Source of the DNA: Anthoceros angustus
Taxonomy: Eukaryota; Plantae; Anthocerotophyta
Length of the DNA: 64,000 nt
Direction: 5' to 3'
Assembly: GCA_010909165.1 (NCBI GenBank)
Contig: VJWM01000068.1
Location: 620,001-684,000, forward strand
This document shows, one piece after another, positions 48,540 to 60,200 of this stretch. Position numbers and translations under genes: made by a program. Under the pieces are notes generated by a model. It ran no database searches and was not told where the DNA came from. It saw only the letters and a program-made list of their open reading frames with translations. How positions within the stretch are numbered: the stretch's first letter is position 1; every line of letters begins with the position of its first letter.

Positions 48540-49417
48540 TACCCGAGCTTTCACCGTTGCGCGACCCCTGGCTCCGCTTGCAAGACGATGGCGAGCGTGA
48601 ACTTGAGCTTGGCGGATGCCTGAGATGAGAGCCGCAAAACGACAGCGTCTGCTAAGCAACAAAAAGAATGGATGCAGCTTTGCATCCAGTTTCAGGCCGG
48701 AGGACTGAGCGGCGGGAAACTTGGAGGTGGCTGAGGATCTGATTGCGGTGTGATGGAGGCCAGATTATAGCTTGGCGCATTGGGCCAACGAATTATCGGG
48801 AGGCAGCAGAGTGTGACGCGTGTAAGCATAGCAGAGCTTGTTGCCAAATCTGACAAGGATTGGGGGCCGTAGCATCTAGATATTCCATCCTCCAGCGCTA
48901 CTGGCGTAGCGGATAAGACACATACGTGACGAGGACACGTGGTACCCGCGAGTCACGTTTTGCACGTCGTATGTTCTACGTTAGGTTTACGAATTGGAGA
49001 AAGGATGTGACAAAACCTCATCTATGTGTGGATGCGAATGCGGCTGATGCCTGGCTATGGCTATCGGCCAGTGGATGACAAACATGAAGTCTCATGGTTT
49101 CAATGCAAGGTAGTCCGTAATATGTAGAAGAAAATGTGATAGTTATTGAGAGAATAATGAAAACAATAAAGACTCTCCGACCCCGGTCTCTGTGGACTCC
49201 ATTGCCATCACTTGTTTGGGAGCGTTGCCATAGGTTCTTGATTGTTATGTGCTGCGGGGGCCCAGGGGATCTTCAATGCGGGTTTTATGTTGAAAGTTCT
49301 GGTCATGCAGGGCTGATGGATGAGGACTAGTGTAATGCAGGTGTATGTAACATGGTTTTTCCAATTGATGGAGGCTCACAACAGACAGTACAGTATACGT
49401 GATGCTAGTCATCAGAC

Positions 49418-52400
49418 ATGTCAGATGTTGTTATGGATGTGTCCTGCTCCCATCGACTTCACCAGCTTCCTGCGAGCTTGCCAAAACCATGGTCCTGTGC
49501 CATTCACCTCATGTCACCCACAAGGGTGTGTCAGGGAGTATCTGTGACTGGTAGGCCTGCAGGATTTGAAGGGGGTGTGACAGCTGAAACCGTGAGAAAG
49601 CTATGTGATCAAGGCCATGTCAATGAAGCTGTTGAGGCATTGGGAGTTCTGGTGCAGGCGGACTATAGTGTTTCCAAATCCATCTTTTATGTTGTCCTGA
49701 GGAACTGTGTGGGAAAGAAGGATCTAGTTCTGGGTCGCCGGGTCCATGCTTTTATCGTGAAAAATGGGTTCCAGACGGACACCTTCCTGGGCAACCACAT
49801 CCTACGAATGTATGCTTCTCATGGCAGGTTGCAAGACGCGATGGATGTTTTCGCCCTGGTTGACACACCAGATTGCTTCACCTGGTCTGCGATTATTTCT
49901 GCGCATGTTAAACAGGGGCAAGACAAGTCGGCCATACAACTGTATCATCGGATGCGCAGGTCAGGTGTGAAGCCAGACGGCCATATGTTTGTGGCAGCCC
50001 TGCAGGCTTGTGCAAGCGGATCAGATTTGGAAACTGGTCAGCAGGTGCATGCTGATGTGTTGGCCAGTGGCGCTGGGTCGAATTTATTTGTGTGCAATTG
50101 CTTGGTGAGCATGTATGCAAAGTGCGGCAGCTTGGAAGATGCTCGAAGAGTGTTCGATGGTGTGGCTGTGAAGGATGCGGTGACGTGGAATGCCATGATA
50201 GCAGGATATTCCCAGCAGGGCATGGGCCAGGAAGCCCTTCGTCTGTACAGTTTTATGCAAGAAGAGGGCATCGCTGTGCCCAATTCCGTGACATTTGTGT
50301 GCCTTCTGCAGGCATGTGCAAGTGTGGGCACCCCTGCTTTGGAGATGGGAAAGAAGCTGCATGGTGAGATTGCAGAACAAGGATATCGAGCTGATGAGTC
50401 TGTCGCCAGCAGTTTGGTGAACATGTATGCAAAGTGTGGCAGCTTGGAAGATGCTCAGAGAGTGTTTGACGGACTCTCTCGTAAAGAAGTAGTGACGTGG
50501 ACTGCTCTAATCGCTGGGTATTCTCAGCATGGCATGGGGCATGAAGCCCTTCGTCTATACAGTGTGATGCGAGAAGAAGGTATTGCTGTACCCAATTCTG
50601 TGACCTTTGCGTGCCTCCTGCAGGCATGTGCAAGTGTGGCTACCCGGGGTTTGGAGATGGGGAAGCAGCTGCATGCAGAAATCCAAGAACAAGGACATGA
50701 AGCTGATTCGTTTGTAGCCAGTAGCTTGGTGAACATGTATGCAAAGTGTGGCAGCTTGGAAGATGCACAGAGCGTGTTTGATGGGCTTGGTGAAAAGGAT
50801 CATGTGACGTGGACTTCTCTAATAGCAGGGTACTCCCAGCAGGGCATGGGACAGGAAGCCCTACATCTCTACCGTGGTATGCAAGCAGAGGGCATTGCAG
50901 TGCCAGATTCTGTGACATTTGTGTGCCTTCTTCAGGCATGTGCAAGTGTGGGCCACCCAGCACTGAAGATGGGGAAGCAGCTCCATGCAGAGATTACAGA
51001 ACAAGGATATCAAGCCAATGCTTTCGTAGCCAGCAGTTTGGTGAACATGTATGCAAAGTGTGGTAGCTTGGAAGATGCTCAGAAAGTGTTCGACAGACTT
51101 GGTCAAAAAGATGATGTCACGTGGAGTGCTTTAATTGCAGGGTATTCCCAGCACGGAATGGGGAAGGAAGCCCTTCATCACTACACTGCGATGAAAGAAG
51201 AAGGCATTGCTGTACTCAATCCCGCAACACTAGTCTGCCTCATGCAGGCATGCTCGAGCATGGGTACCCCAGCTTTGGAGAAGGGAAAACAGCTTCATAA
51301 AGAGATAAGAGAACGAGGGTATCAAGCTGATGTTTTGTAGCCAGCAGTTTGATCAGCATGTACGCAAAGTGTGGCAGCTTGGAAGATTCCCAGAGAGTGT
51401 TTGATCAACTTGGTCAAAAGGATGTGGTGACGTGGAATGCCATGATAGCAGGATATTCCCAGCAGGGCATGGGCCAGGAAGCCTTTCGTCTTTATAGTGC
51501 TATGCAAGAAGAAGGCGTCTGTGTACCTGACTCAGTGACGTTTCTGTGCATTTTGCAGGCATGTGCAAGTATGGGCACCTTGGCGCTAGAGAAGGGGAAG
51601 CAGCTTCATGTGCAAATCAGAGAAAGAGGACATCAAGCTGACATGTGTGTAGCCAACAGTTTGGTGAATATGTATGCAAAGTGTGGCAGCTTGAAAGATG
51701 CCCAGAAAGTGTTTGATGCACTTTGTGTAAAGGATGTGGTGACATGGAATGTATTGATAGCGGGATATTCCCAGCAGGGCATGGCCCAGGAAGCCCTTCG
51801 GCTGTACTGTGCCATGCAAGATGAGTGCATCGCTGTACCAGATGCTGTGACGTTTGCGTGTCTCCTTCAGGCATGTGCAAGTTTGGGTACCCCAGCTCTA
51901 GAGATGGGCAAGCACCTGAATGCGGAAGTTAGTGCACAAGGTTACCTTTCTGATGTGTTTGTGGCCAACAGTTTGGTACACATGTATGCAAGTGCGGCAG
52001 CTTGGAAGATGCTCGAAGAGTGTTCGATGGTGTGGCTGTGAAGGATGCGGTGACGTGGAATGCCATGATAGCAGGATATTCCCAGCAGGGCATGGGCCAG
52101 GAAGCCCTTCGTCTGTACAGTTTTATGCAAGAAGAGGGCATCGCTGTGCCCAATTCCGTGACATTTGTGTGCCTTCTGCAGGCATGTGCAAGTGTGGGCA
52201 CCCCTGCTTTGGAGATGGGAAAGAAGCTGCATGGTGAGATTGCAGAACAAGGATATCGAGCTGATGAGTCTGTCGCCAGCAGTTTGGTGAACATGTATGC
52301 AAAGTGTGGCAGCTTGGAAGATGCTCAGAGAGTGTTTGACGGACTCTCTCGTAAAGTAGTGACGTGGACTGCTCTAATCGCTGGGTATTCTCAGCATGGC

Positions 52401-54984
52401 ATGGGGCATGAAGCCCTTCGTCTATACAGTGTGATGCGAGAAGAAGGTATTGCTGTACCCAATTCTGTGACCTTTGCGTGCCTCCTGCAGGCATGTGCAA
52501 GTGTGGCTACCCGGGGTTTGGAGATGGGGAAGCAGCTGCATGCAGAAATCCAAGAACAAGGACATGAAGCTGATTCGTTTGTAGCCAGTAGCTTGGTGAA
52601 CATGTATGCAAAGTGTGGCAGGAAGATGCACAGAGCGTGTTTGATGGGCTTGGTGAAAAGGATCATGTGACGTGGACTTCTCTAATAGCAGGGTACTCCC
52701 AGCAGGGCATGGGACAGGAAGCCCTACATCTCTACCGTGGTATGCAAGCAGAGGGCATTGCAGTGCCGAATTCTGTGACATTTGTGTGCCTTCTTCAGGC
52801 ATGTGCAAGTGTGGGCCACCCAGCACTGAAGATGGGGAAGCAGCTCCATGCAGAGATTACAGAACAAGGATATCAAGCCAATGCTTTCGTAGCCAGCAGT
52901 TTGGTGAACATGTATGCAAAGTGTGGTAGCTTGGAAGATGCTCAGAAAGTGTTCGACAGACTTGGTCAAAAGATGATGTCACGTGGAGTGCTTTAATTGC
53001 AGGGTATTCCCAGCACGGAATGGGGAAGGAAGCCCTTCATCACTACACTGCGATGAAAGAAGAAGGCATTGCTGTACTCAATCCCGCAACACTAGTCTGC
53101 CTCATGCAGGCATGCTCGAGCATGGGTACCCCAGCTTTGGAGAAGGGAAAACAGCTTCATAAAGAGATAAGAGAACGAGGGTATCAAGCTGATGTTTTTG
53201 TAGCCAGCAGTTTGATCAGCATGTACGCAAAGTGTGGCAGCTTGGAAGATTCCCAGAGAGTGTTTGATCAACTTGGTCAAAAGGATGTGGTGACGTGGAA
53301 TGCCATGATAGCAGGATATTCCCAGCAGGGCATGGGCCAGGAAGCCTTTCGTCTTTATAGTGCTATGCAAGAAGAAGGCGTCTGTGTACCTGACTCAGTG
53401 ACGTTTCTGTGCATTTTGCAGGCATGTGCAAGTATGGGCACCTTGGCGCTAGAGAAGGGGAAGCAGCTTCATGTGCAAATCAGAGAAAGAGGACATCAAG
53501 CTGACATGTGTGTAGCCAACAGTTTGGTGAATATGTATGCAAAGTGTGGCAGCTTGAAAGATGCCCAGAAAGTGTTTGATGCACTTTGTGTAAAGGATGT
53601 GGTGACATGGAATGTATTGATAGCGGGATATTCCCAGCAGGGCATGGCCCAGGAAGCCCTTCGGCTGTACTGTGCCATGCAAGATGAGTGCATCGCTGTA
53701 CCAGATGCTGTGACGTTTGCGTGTCTCCTTCAGGCATGTGCAAGTTTGGGTACCCCAGCTCTAGAGATGGGCAAGCACCTGAATGCGGAAGTTAGTGCAC
53801 AAGGTTACCTTTCTGATGTGTTTGTGGCCAACAGTTTGGTACACATGTATGCGAAGTGTGGCAGCCTTGATGACGCGCAGAGAGTATTTGATGGGCTTGG
53901 TCAAAAAGATGTGGTGACATGGACTGCACTAATTGCAGGGTATTCCCAGCAGGGAATGGGACAGGAAGCCCTTCGACTCTACAGAGCTATGCAAGAAGGT
54001 GTGACCGTACCAAATTCCATGACCTTCGTGTGCCTCCTGCAGGCATGTGCAGATGTGGCAGCTCTGGATCTGGGAAGGCAGCTACATGCACAGATTGAAG
54101 AACAAGGGCTTCAAGCTGATGTGATTGTAGCCGGCAGTTTGATAAACATGTATGGAAAGGCTGGCAGTATGTTCGATGCACAGCAGGTGTTTGATGCTTT
54201 GCCTGAAAAGGATGTTGTCACCTGGAGTGCAATGATTGCTGGCTACACCTCCCAAGGAGACAGTGACGTTGTCTTCGACCTGCTCCAGAAAATGATAGAG
54301 GATGGCATACAGCCCGTCGGCATCACTTTCCTTAGTGTACTAACAGTTTGCAGTCATGCGGGTCTAGTGAACCAGGGGAGAGAGTACTTCCAGGCTATGA
54401 GCAGAGACTTCAGCATCGCGCCAACCGTGGAGCACTACACTTGCATGGTTGATCTCCTGGGCCGTGCAGGTAAACTGGATGAGGCACTGGCTTTGCTAAG
54501 GGCAATGCCCATATTGCCTAATGCTGCAGTTTGGCACACTCTGTTGGGTGCTTGTCGAAAGTGGAGCAATGTAGAGGTGGGACATCATGCTTTCAATGAA
54601 GCAGTGAAGCTAGATGAGGAAGATGCTGCAGCATATATGCTGATGTCGAACGTATACACCAGTGCGCGGATGTGGGAGGAGGCACAGAAGTTGCAGGCTA
54701 TGAGAATAATCACCAGGGCATGGAAGCAGCCGGGTCAAAGTTGGTGGACAGACATGGACGGACTGGTGCATAGTTTTCTAGTTGGGGATATGAAGCCTCT
54801 AAAGTGCCAAGCGAGTCCCCAATGGGTTTTCAGAAAGGAAAAGCAGATATATGTGCCCCATCTAGGGGCGTACGTATCCGATGATTTTCATTGTTGTGTA
54901 CACAGTGCACACCAGAAAGCTGGCTATCGTCTACAGTGTCTGGTATGTGCAGGCGCAATGATGGATATTCCGGTTACATATTAA
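49418..54984 (+). CDS. PLS-class PPR RNA-editing factor (E domains plus truncated/decayed WW-type DYW). Frameshifted in this assembly by a 6-triplet duplication; ~1234 aa when de-duplicated.
   Basis: 104-aa P-L-S triplets (VTWNAMIAGYSQQG / TFVCLLQAC / SLVNMYAKCGSLEDA), HYTCMVDLLGRAG, WHTLLGACRKW, PGQSWWTDMDGLVHSFLVGD. Confidence 0.92.
50111..53844. repeat. Tandem duplication of 6 PLS triplets (50111-51981 / 51982-53844)
   Basis: Copies are 1871 and 1863 bp against an ideal 1872. They are essentially identical except for small deletions near the junction. Confidence 0.95.
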
Positions 54985-55746
54985 TTATCTTTCCTACAAT
55001 ATGTGAATGAAAGTGCTTCACTCCCTTCACACCGGGAATAAGCATTCAAGTTACGGATTAGCTTACGAAACCCGGGAAGTATGGAATATCGATTTCGTCA
55101 AGGAGGCACCAAGGGTTTTTTTCGAATATGCGGCGGGGAAACTTCTTATGTCACACACTTGACGACATCGGGGGTGCCTGCCCCCTGTGTATCGAAGTCG
55201 TCACCCGTGTTTCAAGATTTTTTTTAAGGTGTGATACACATGGTTTTCTTCCTTAGGTTGTCACAACATCGGCCTTTGCACATCCTCGCAAGCACCCATC
55301 TGGCCGTTAGTATGCATCAACACACCGTCACCAGGCCTTTGTGACAGATAGCCTGGAGCAGCCATCCAGGTTTCGCACAACTGCAAAGCCATCTGAGATT
55401 GCTTCACGGATGGAGACTTCACGAGAGGATTACTTCATGGATGGAGATCATACAATCGACCTAAAACGAAGCCACCATTGGGGTCATGTCTCAATTTGAC
55501 ACAAATAAGAATTCCATTGTGCGAAGGTGAGAGGAAACACACTCTTGAATGTGTAACATGCACACATTCGGGGCCTTTGCGTGGGGGCAAGACATGTCTG
55601 ACATATATGTCCATAGTTGGTCTAGGCGAACCCTAAACATGTGTATGTGTGTATTACGAAAACCCTAAATGGCAGGAATAAAACTAGATAACGACATCGG
55701 AACACCAGGGGGCAAGTTGCGAGAAAAAAAACTTTCTAGCGCCTAC

Positions 55747-55901
55747 GGCCCTCATGCGCTGATGTTGCCCGTATGTGATGAAGGAATCTTGAAGATGCCT
55801 CGGCATCTGAATGTAGAATATTGGGCCCTCATGCGCTGATGTTGCCCGTATGTGATGAAGGAATCTTGAAGATGCCTCGGCATCTGAATGTAGAATATTG
55901 G
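55747..55901. repeat. Exact tandem duplication, 2 x 77 bp, inside TE-like intergenic DNA
   Basis: ggccctcatgcgctgatgttgcccg...gtagaatattg occurs twice. Confidence 0.92.
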
Positions 55902-56149
55902 ACAAAAAAAACGTGTCACAAACTCCCTGCCCCGTGACGAGATCGGTATTCCATAGGGAAGTGGATGCCCGCAATCAGAAATATCCGACAAATATCACAA
56001 ATATCACAACCAGAAATTTATAGGCGACAGGCTTGCACTCGTGCAATGTTATGTTTCTCTAGTCTTGGTCTGTGTCACTCCTAGTGGCAACGAAGACATC
56101 AATTTGATTATTAGTAATATTTGTACATTTATTGATACAGACGTGCCTC

Positions 56150-56309
56150 GTACCATGGTGGTCTTGGTCTGTGTCACTCCTAGTGGCAACGAAGAGATCA
56201 ATTTGATGATTAGTAATATTTTTATATTTATTGATACAGACGTGCCTTGTACTTCCATCCTAAGCGGACATATATAAAGTTGTTGTTGTTGTTGTTGTAC
56301 CATGGTGGT
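56150..56309 (+). mobile_element. Short 5'-truncated non-LTR retroelement with a (TTG)n tail and a 13-bp direct repeat
   Basis: gtaccatggtggt at 56150-56162 and 56297-56309 flanks ~134 bp ending ataaagttgttgttg.... A truncated sister copy precedes it (56062-56149). Confidence 0.6.
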
Positions 56310-56330
56310 GTGTAAATCTGACACTAACAG

Positions 56331-56357
56331 GCGTGAGTTCGACCCTCACCAACGTCA
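56331..56357 (+). pseudogene. tRNA-like 3' remnant (T-arm/B box plus a 3' acceptor-like strand)
   Basis: GC GTGAG TTCGACC CTCAC CAACGTC A forms a perfect 5-bp T stem with a 7-nt loop. No 5' half is present. Confidence 0.4.
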
Positions 56358-56420
56358 TAACCTCGTGATGGACTTCGTCACCCGCTACCTTCCAGTTTCA
56401 GCAATTTCAAGATTTCGATA

Positions 56421-56720
56421 TTTTCATGTCCAAATGGCTTAGGCCAAATGGATTTTCAGGTCCAAACGGCTTAGGCCAAATGGATTTTCAGGTCCAAATG
56501 ACTTAGGCCAAATGGATTTTCAGGTCCAAATGGCTTAGGCCAAATGGACAACTTAGTGATTAAGCATCCTGTGCTTAAATCGATACTTAAATGGGGTGCT
56601 TAAAGGAAGTGGATGCCCTTGGTGCAAGTAGCTTAGGCACACCATGGTACAAGTTGTTAAGTACCAAGTCCATGACGAAAATCCATCCATAATGGACTTC
56701 AATAAAATTCTTCTTCTTCT
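56421..56720 (+). mobile_element. 5S-rRNA-like dispersed repeat, copy C, headed by 4 x 32-bp tandem units
   Basis: (ttttcaggtccaaatggcttaggccaaatgga)4 at 56421-56548, then ttaagcatcctgtgcttaaatcgatacttaaatggggtgcttaaaggaagtggatgccc...caccatggtacaagttgttaagtaccaagtc. Confidence 0.7.
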
Positions 56721-57226
56721 CATGCCCGGCGACGAGGGATGGGGACATGAGCACTTCTATTTTCGGCATTTTCAGGTTTGAACCATGGTAGGGTTTAAGA
56801 GACCATGCCGGGCGACGAGGGATGGGGGCATGGGCATGGAGCTATATGGCATGAACTCGTTGGCGATATAAGCTACGGTAGGGTTTAAGCTACATGCACT
56901 TGCTGACAGTTTAAGCCATGATAGGCGACGAGGGTTGGAAGCATTGGCAGGAGCTATGGCATGGACTTGCTGACGAGCATGGACACCGAGAACCGGAGGG
57001 CACCCGTGTTGGGCGAGTGCCGGGACGATGGCCCCACTGCTTCGCACGCATCCGCACTCATTTTGTAAGGTTAAATAGCCTTTGGCGAGTCAGCTACTCC
57101 ACATCTGGACTCGGTCATCGCATATATGTCTTTGACACTCGCAGAAATCACGTGTCAAGATATCTCCGATGACCGACTCCAGATGTGGCAGACATCCTTA
57201 GTACTTCATTTCAGAAATTGCCTGTT

Positions 57227-60200
57227 TCAACCTTGCTTGGTGGGGATAAGATGCTCGACATGCTTCTTATCCCCCACCAAGAAACTGTGGACCAATCCGT
57301 CCATGTCTGTCCACCAGCTTTGACCGGGCAGCTTCCATGCCCTGAGTCTTCGTCTCATCACCTGCATCTCCTTTGCCTGTTCCCGCATCTGGGCACCGTA
57401 GATATTTGACATCAGCACGTATGCTGCGGCATCCTTGTTGTCAAGCTTCACTGCTTCATTGAAAGCATGGAAACCCACCTCAACATTGCTCCACTTTCGG
57501 CAGGCGCCCAACAGTGTATGCCAAATTCCAGCATTGGGCTGTACAGGCATCGTCCTTACCAGACCTAGAGCCTCACCCAGTCGGCCTGCACGGCCTAGGA
57601 GATCCACCATGCACGTAAAATGCTCCAGAGTGGGAGTGATGTCGTAGTGCCTAGTCATTTTGTCGAAGTACTCTCTCCCCTTGTGTACAAGACCCGCATG
57701 ACTGCATACGGTCAGTACACTAAGGAAAGTGATGCCGATTGGCTGTACGCCATCCTCTCTCATTTTATGGACCAGATCAAAGACCAGTTCACTGTCCCCT
57801 TGACAGGTGTAGCCTGCAATCAGGGCACTCCAGGCAACAACATCTCTCTCAGGTAACGCATCAAACACCTGCTGTGCTTCAACCATGCTACCAGACTTTC
57901 CATACATGTTTATCAAACTGCCAGCCACAAACGCATCAGCTTGAAGGCCTTGCTCTTCAATCTGTGAATGTAACTGCCTTCCTAGGTGCAAAGCAGCCAC
58001 ACTCGCACATGCATGCAGGAGGGACACAAATGTCAGGGGATCAGGTACAGCAATGCCTTCTTTTTGCATAGCATTGTAGAGATAAAGGGCCTCCTGGGCC
58101 ATTCCCTCCTGGGAATATCCTGCAATTAGAGCAGTCCACATCACCACATCTTTTTGACCAACTCCATCAAACACTCTTCGAGCATCTCCCAAGCTCCCAC
58201 ATTTTGCATACATGTTAACCAAACTGTTGGTTACAAATACATCAGCTTGATGTCCACGATCTTTAATTTGCATATGAAGCTGCTTCCCCTTCTCCAATGC
58301 CGCAGTCCCTATAATCGCACATGCATGCAGGAGGCACACAAATGTCACAGGATTGGGTACAGCAATGCCTTCATCTTGCATTACTTTGTAGAGGTGAAGA
58401 GCTTCCTCGCCCATGCCCTTCTGGGAGTATCCTGCAATTAGAGCAGTCCAAGTCACCACATCTTTTTCAGCAAGTGTGTCAAACACTCTTTGAGCATCCT
58501 CTAAGCTCCCACACTTTGCATACATGTTTACCAAACTGTTAGCCATAAACACATCAGATTGTAATTCCCGTTCTCTGATTTGTGCATGAAGCTGCTTCCC
58601 CTTATCTAAGGCCGGGGTGCCCACACTTGCACATGCCTGCAGAAGGCAGACAAATGTCACAGAATTGGGAACTTCGATTCCTTCTTCTTCCATTGCACTG
58701 TAGAGCTGAAGGGCTTCCTGGCCCATGCCCTGCTGGGAATAGCCTCCTATCATAGCAGTCCAAGTCCACACATTTTTTGTACCAAGACCATCAAACACAC
58801 TCTGTGCATCTTCCAAGTTGCCACACTTTGCATACATGTTTACCAAACTGCTAGCTACAAACACATCAGCTTGATGTCCTCTTTCTCTAATCTGCATGTG
58901 AAGTTGCTTTCCCATCTGCAGACCCAGGGTGCCCACACCGCACATGCCTGCAGGAGGCACACAAACGCGTCACAGGATCGGACACGGTCATTCCTCGTTC
59001 TTGCAGAGCACTGTAAAGACGAAGAGCTTCTTGGCCCATGCCCTGCCGGGAATATGCTGCTATCATTGCATTCCACATCAGCACATCTTTTGACCTAGTC
59101 GTTCAAACACTCTCTCAGCATCTTCCAGGCAGCCACATTTTGCATACATGTTCACCAAACTGCTGGCCACACAGACCTCAGCTTCCTGTCCTTGTCCTTT
59201 GACTTGTGCATGAAGCTGCTTGCCCATGTCCAAAGCTGAGGTGCCCACAGTTGCACATGCCTGCAGGAGGCAAACAAATGTAACAGAATTGGGTAAGGAG
59301 ACGCCTTCTTCCAGCATAATCTGGTACATACAAGGGCTTCCTGACCCCTGCCCTGCTGTGCATACCCTGCCATTAGAGCAGTCCACGTCACCACATCTTT
59401 TCATCAAGTCCATCGAACAACTTTTGGGCATCTCCAAACTGCCACACTTTGCATACATGTTAACCAAACTGTTGGCTACAAACACATCAGATTGTAATTC
59501 CCGTTCTCTGATTTGTGCATGAAGCTGCTTCCCTTATCTAAGGCCGGGTGCCCACACTTGCACATGCCTGCAGAAGGCAGACAAATGTCACAGAATTGGG
59601 AACTTCGATTCCTTCTTCTTCCATTGCACTGTAGAGCTGAAGGGCTTCCTGGCCCATGCCCTGCTGGGAATAGCCTCCTATCATAGCAGTCCAAGTCCAC
59701 ACATTTTTTGTACCAAGACCATCAAACACACTCTGTGCATCTTCCAAGTTGCCACACTTTGCATACATGTTTACCAAACTGCTAGCTACAAACACATCAG
59801 CTTGATGTCCTCTTTCTCTAATCTGCATGTGAAGTTGCTTTCCCATCTGCAGACCCAGGGTGCCCACACCCGCACATGCCTGCAGGAGGCACACAAACGT
59901 CACAGGATCGGACACGGTCATTCCTCGTTCTTGCAGAGCACTGTAAAGACGAAGAGCTTCTTGGCCCATGCCCTGCCGGGAATATGCTGCTATCATTGCA
60001 TTCCACATCAGCACATCTTTTTGACCTAGTCGTTCAAACACTCTCTCAGCATCTTCCAGGCAGCCACATTTTGCATACATGTTCACCAAACTGCTGGCCA
60101 CACAGACCTCAGCTTCCTGTCCTTGTCCTTTGACTTGTGCATGAAGCTGCTTGCCCATGTCCAAAGCTGAGGTGCCCACAGTTGCACATGCCTGCAGGAG

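Noticed and set aside
56421-56548. 32-bp repeats as a CRISPR array
   Set aside because: The units abut with no unique spacers, the context is eukaryotic, and there are no cas genes.
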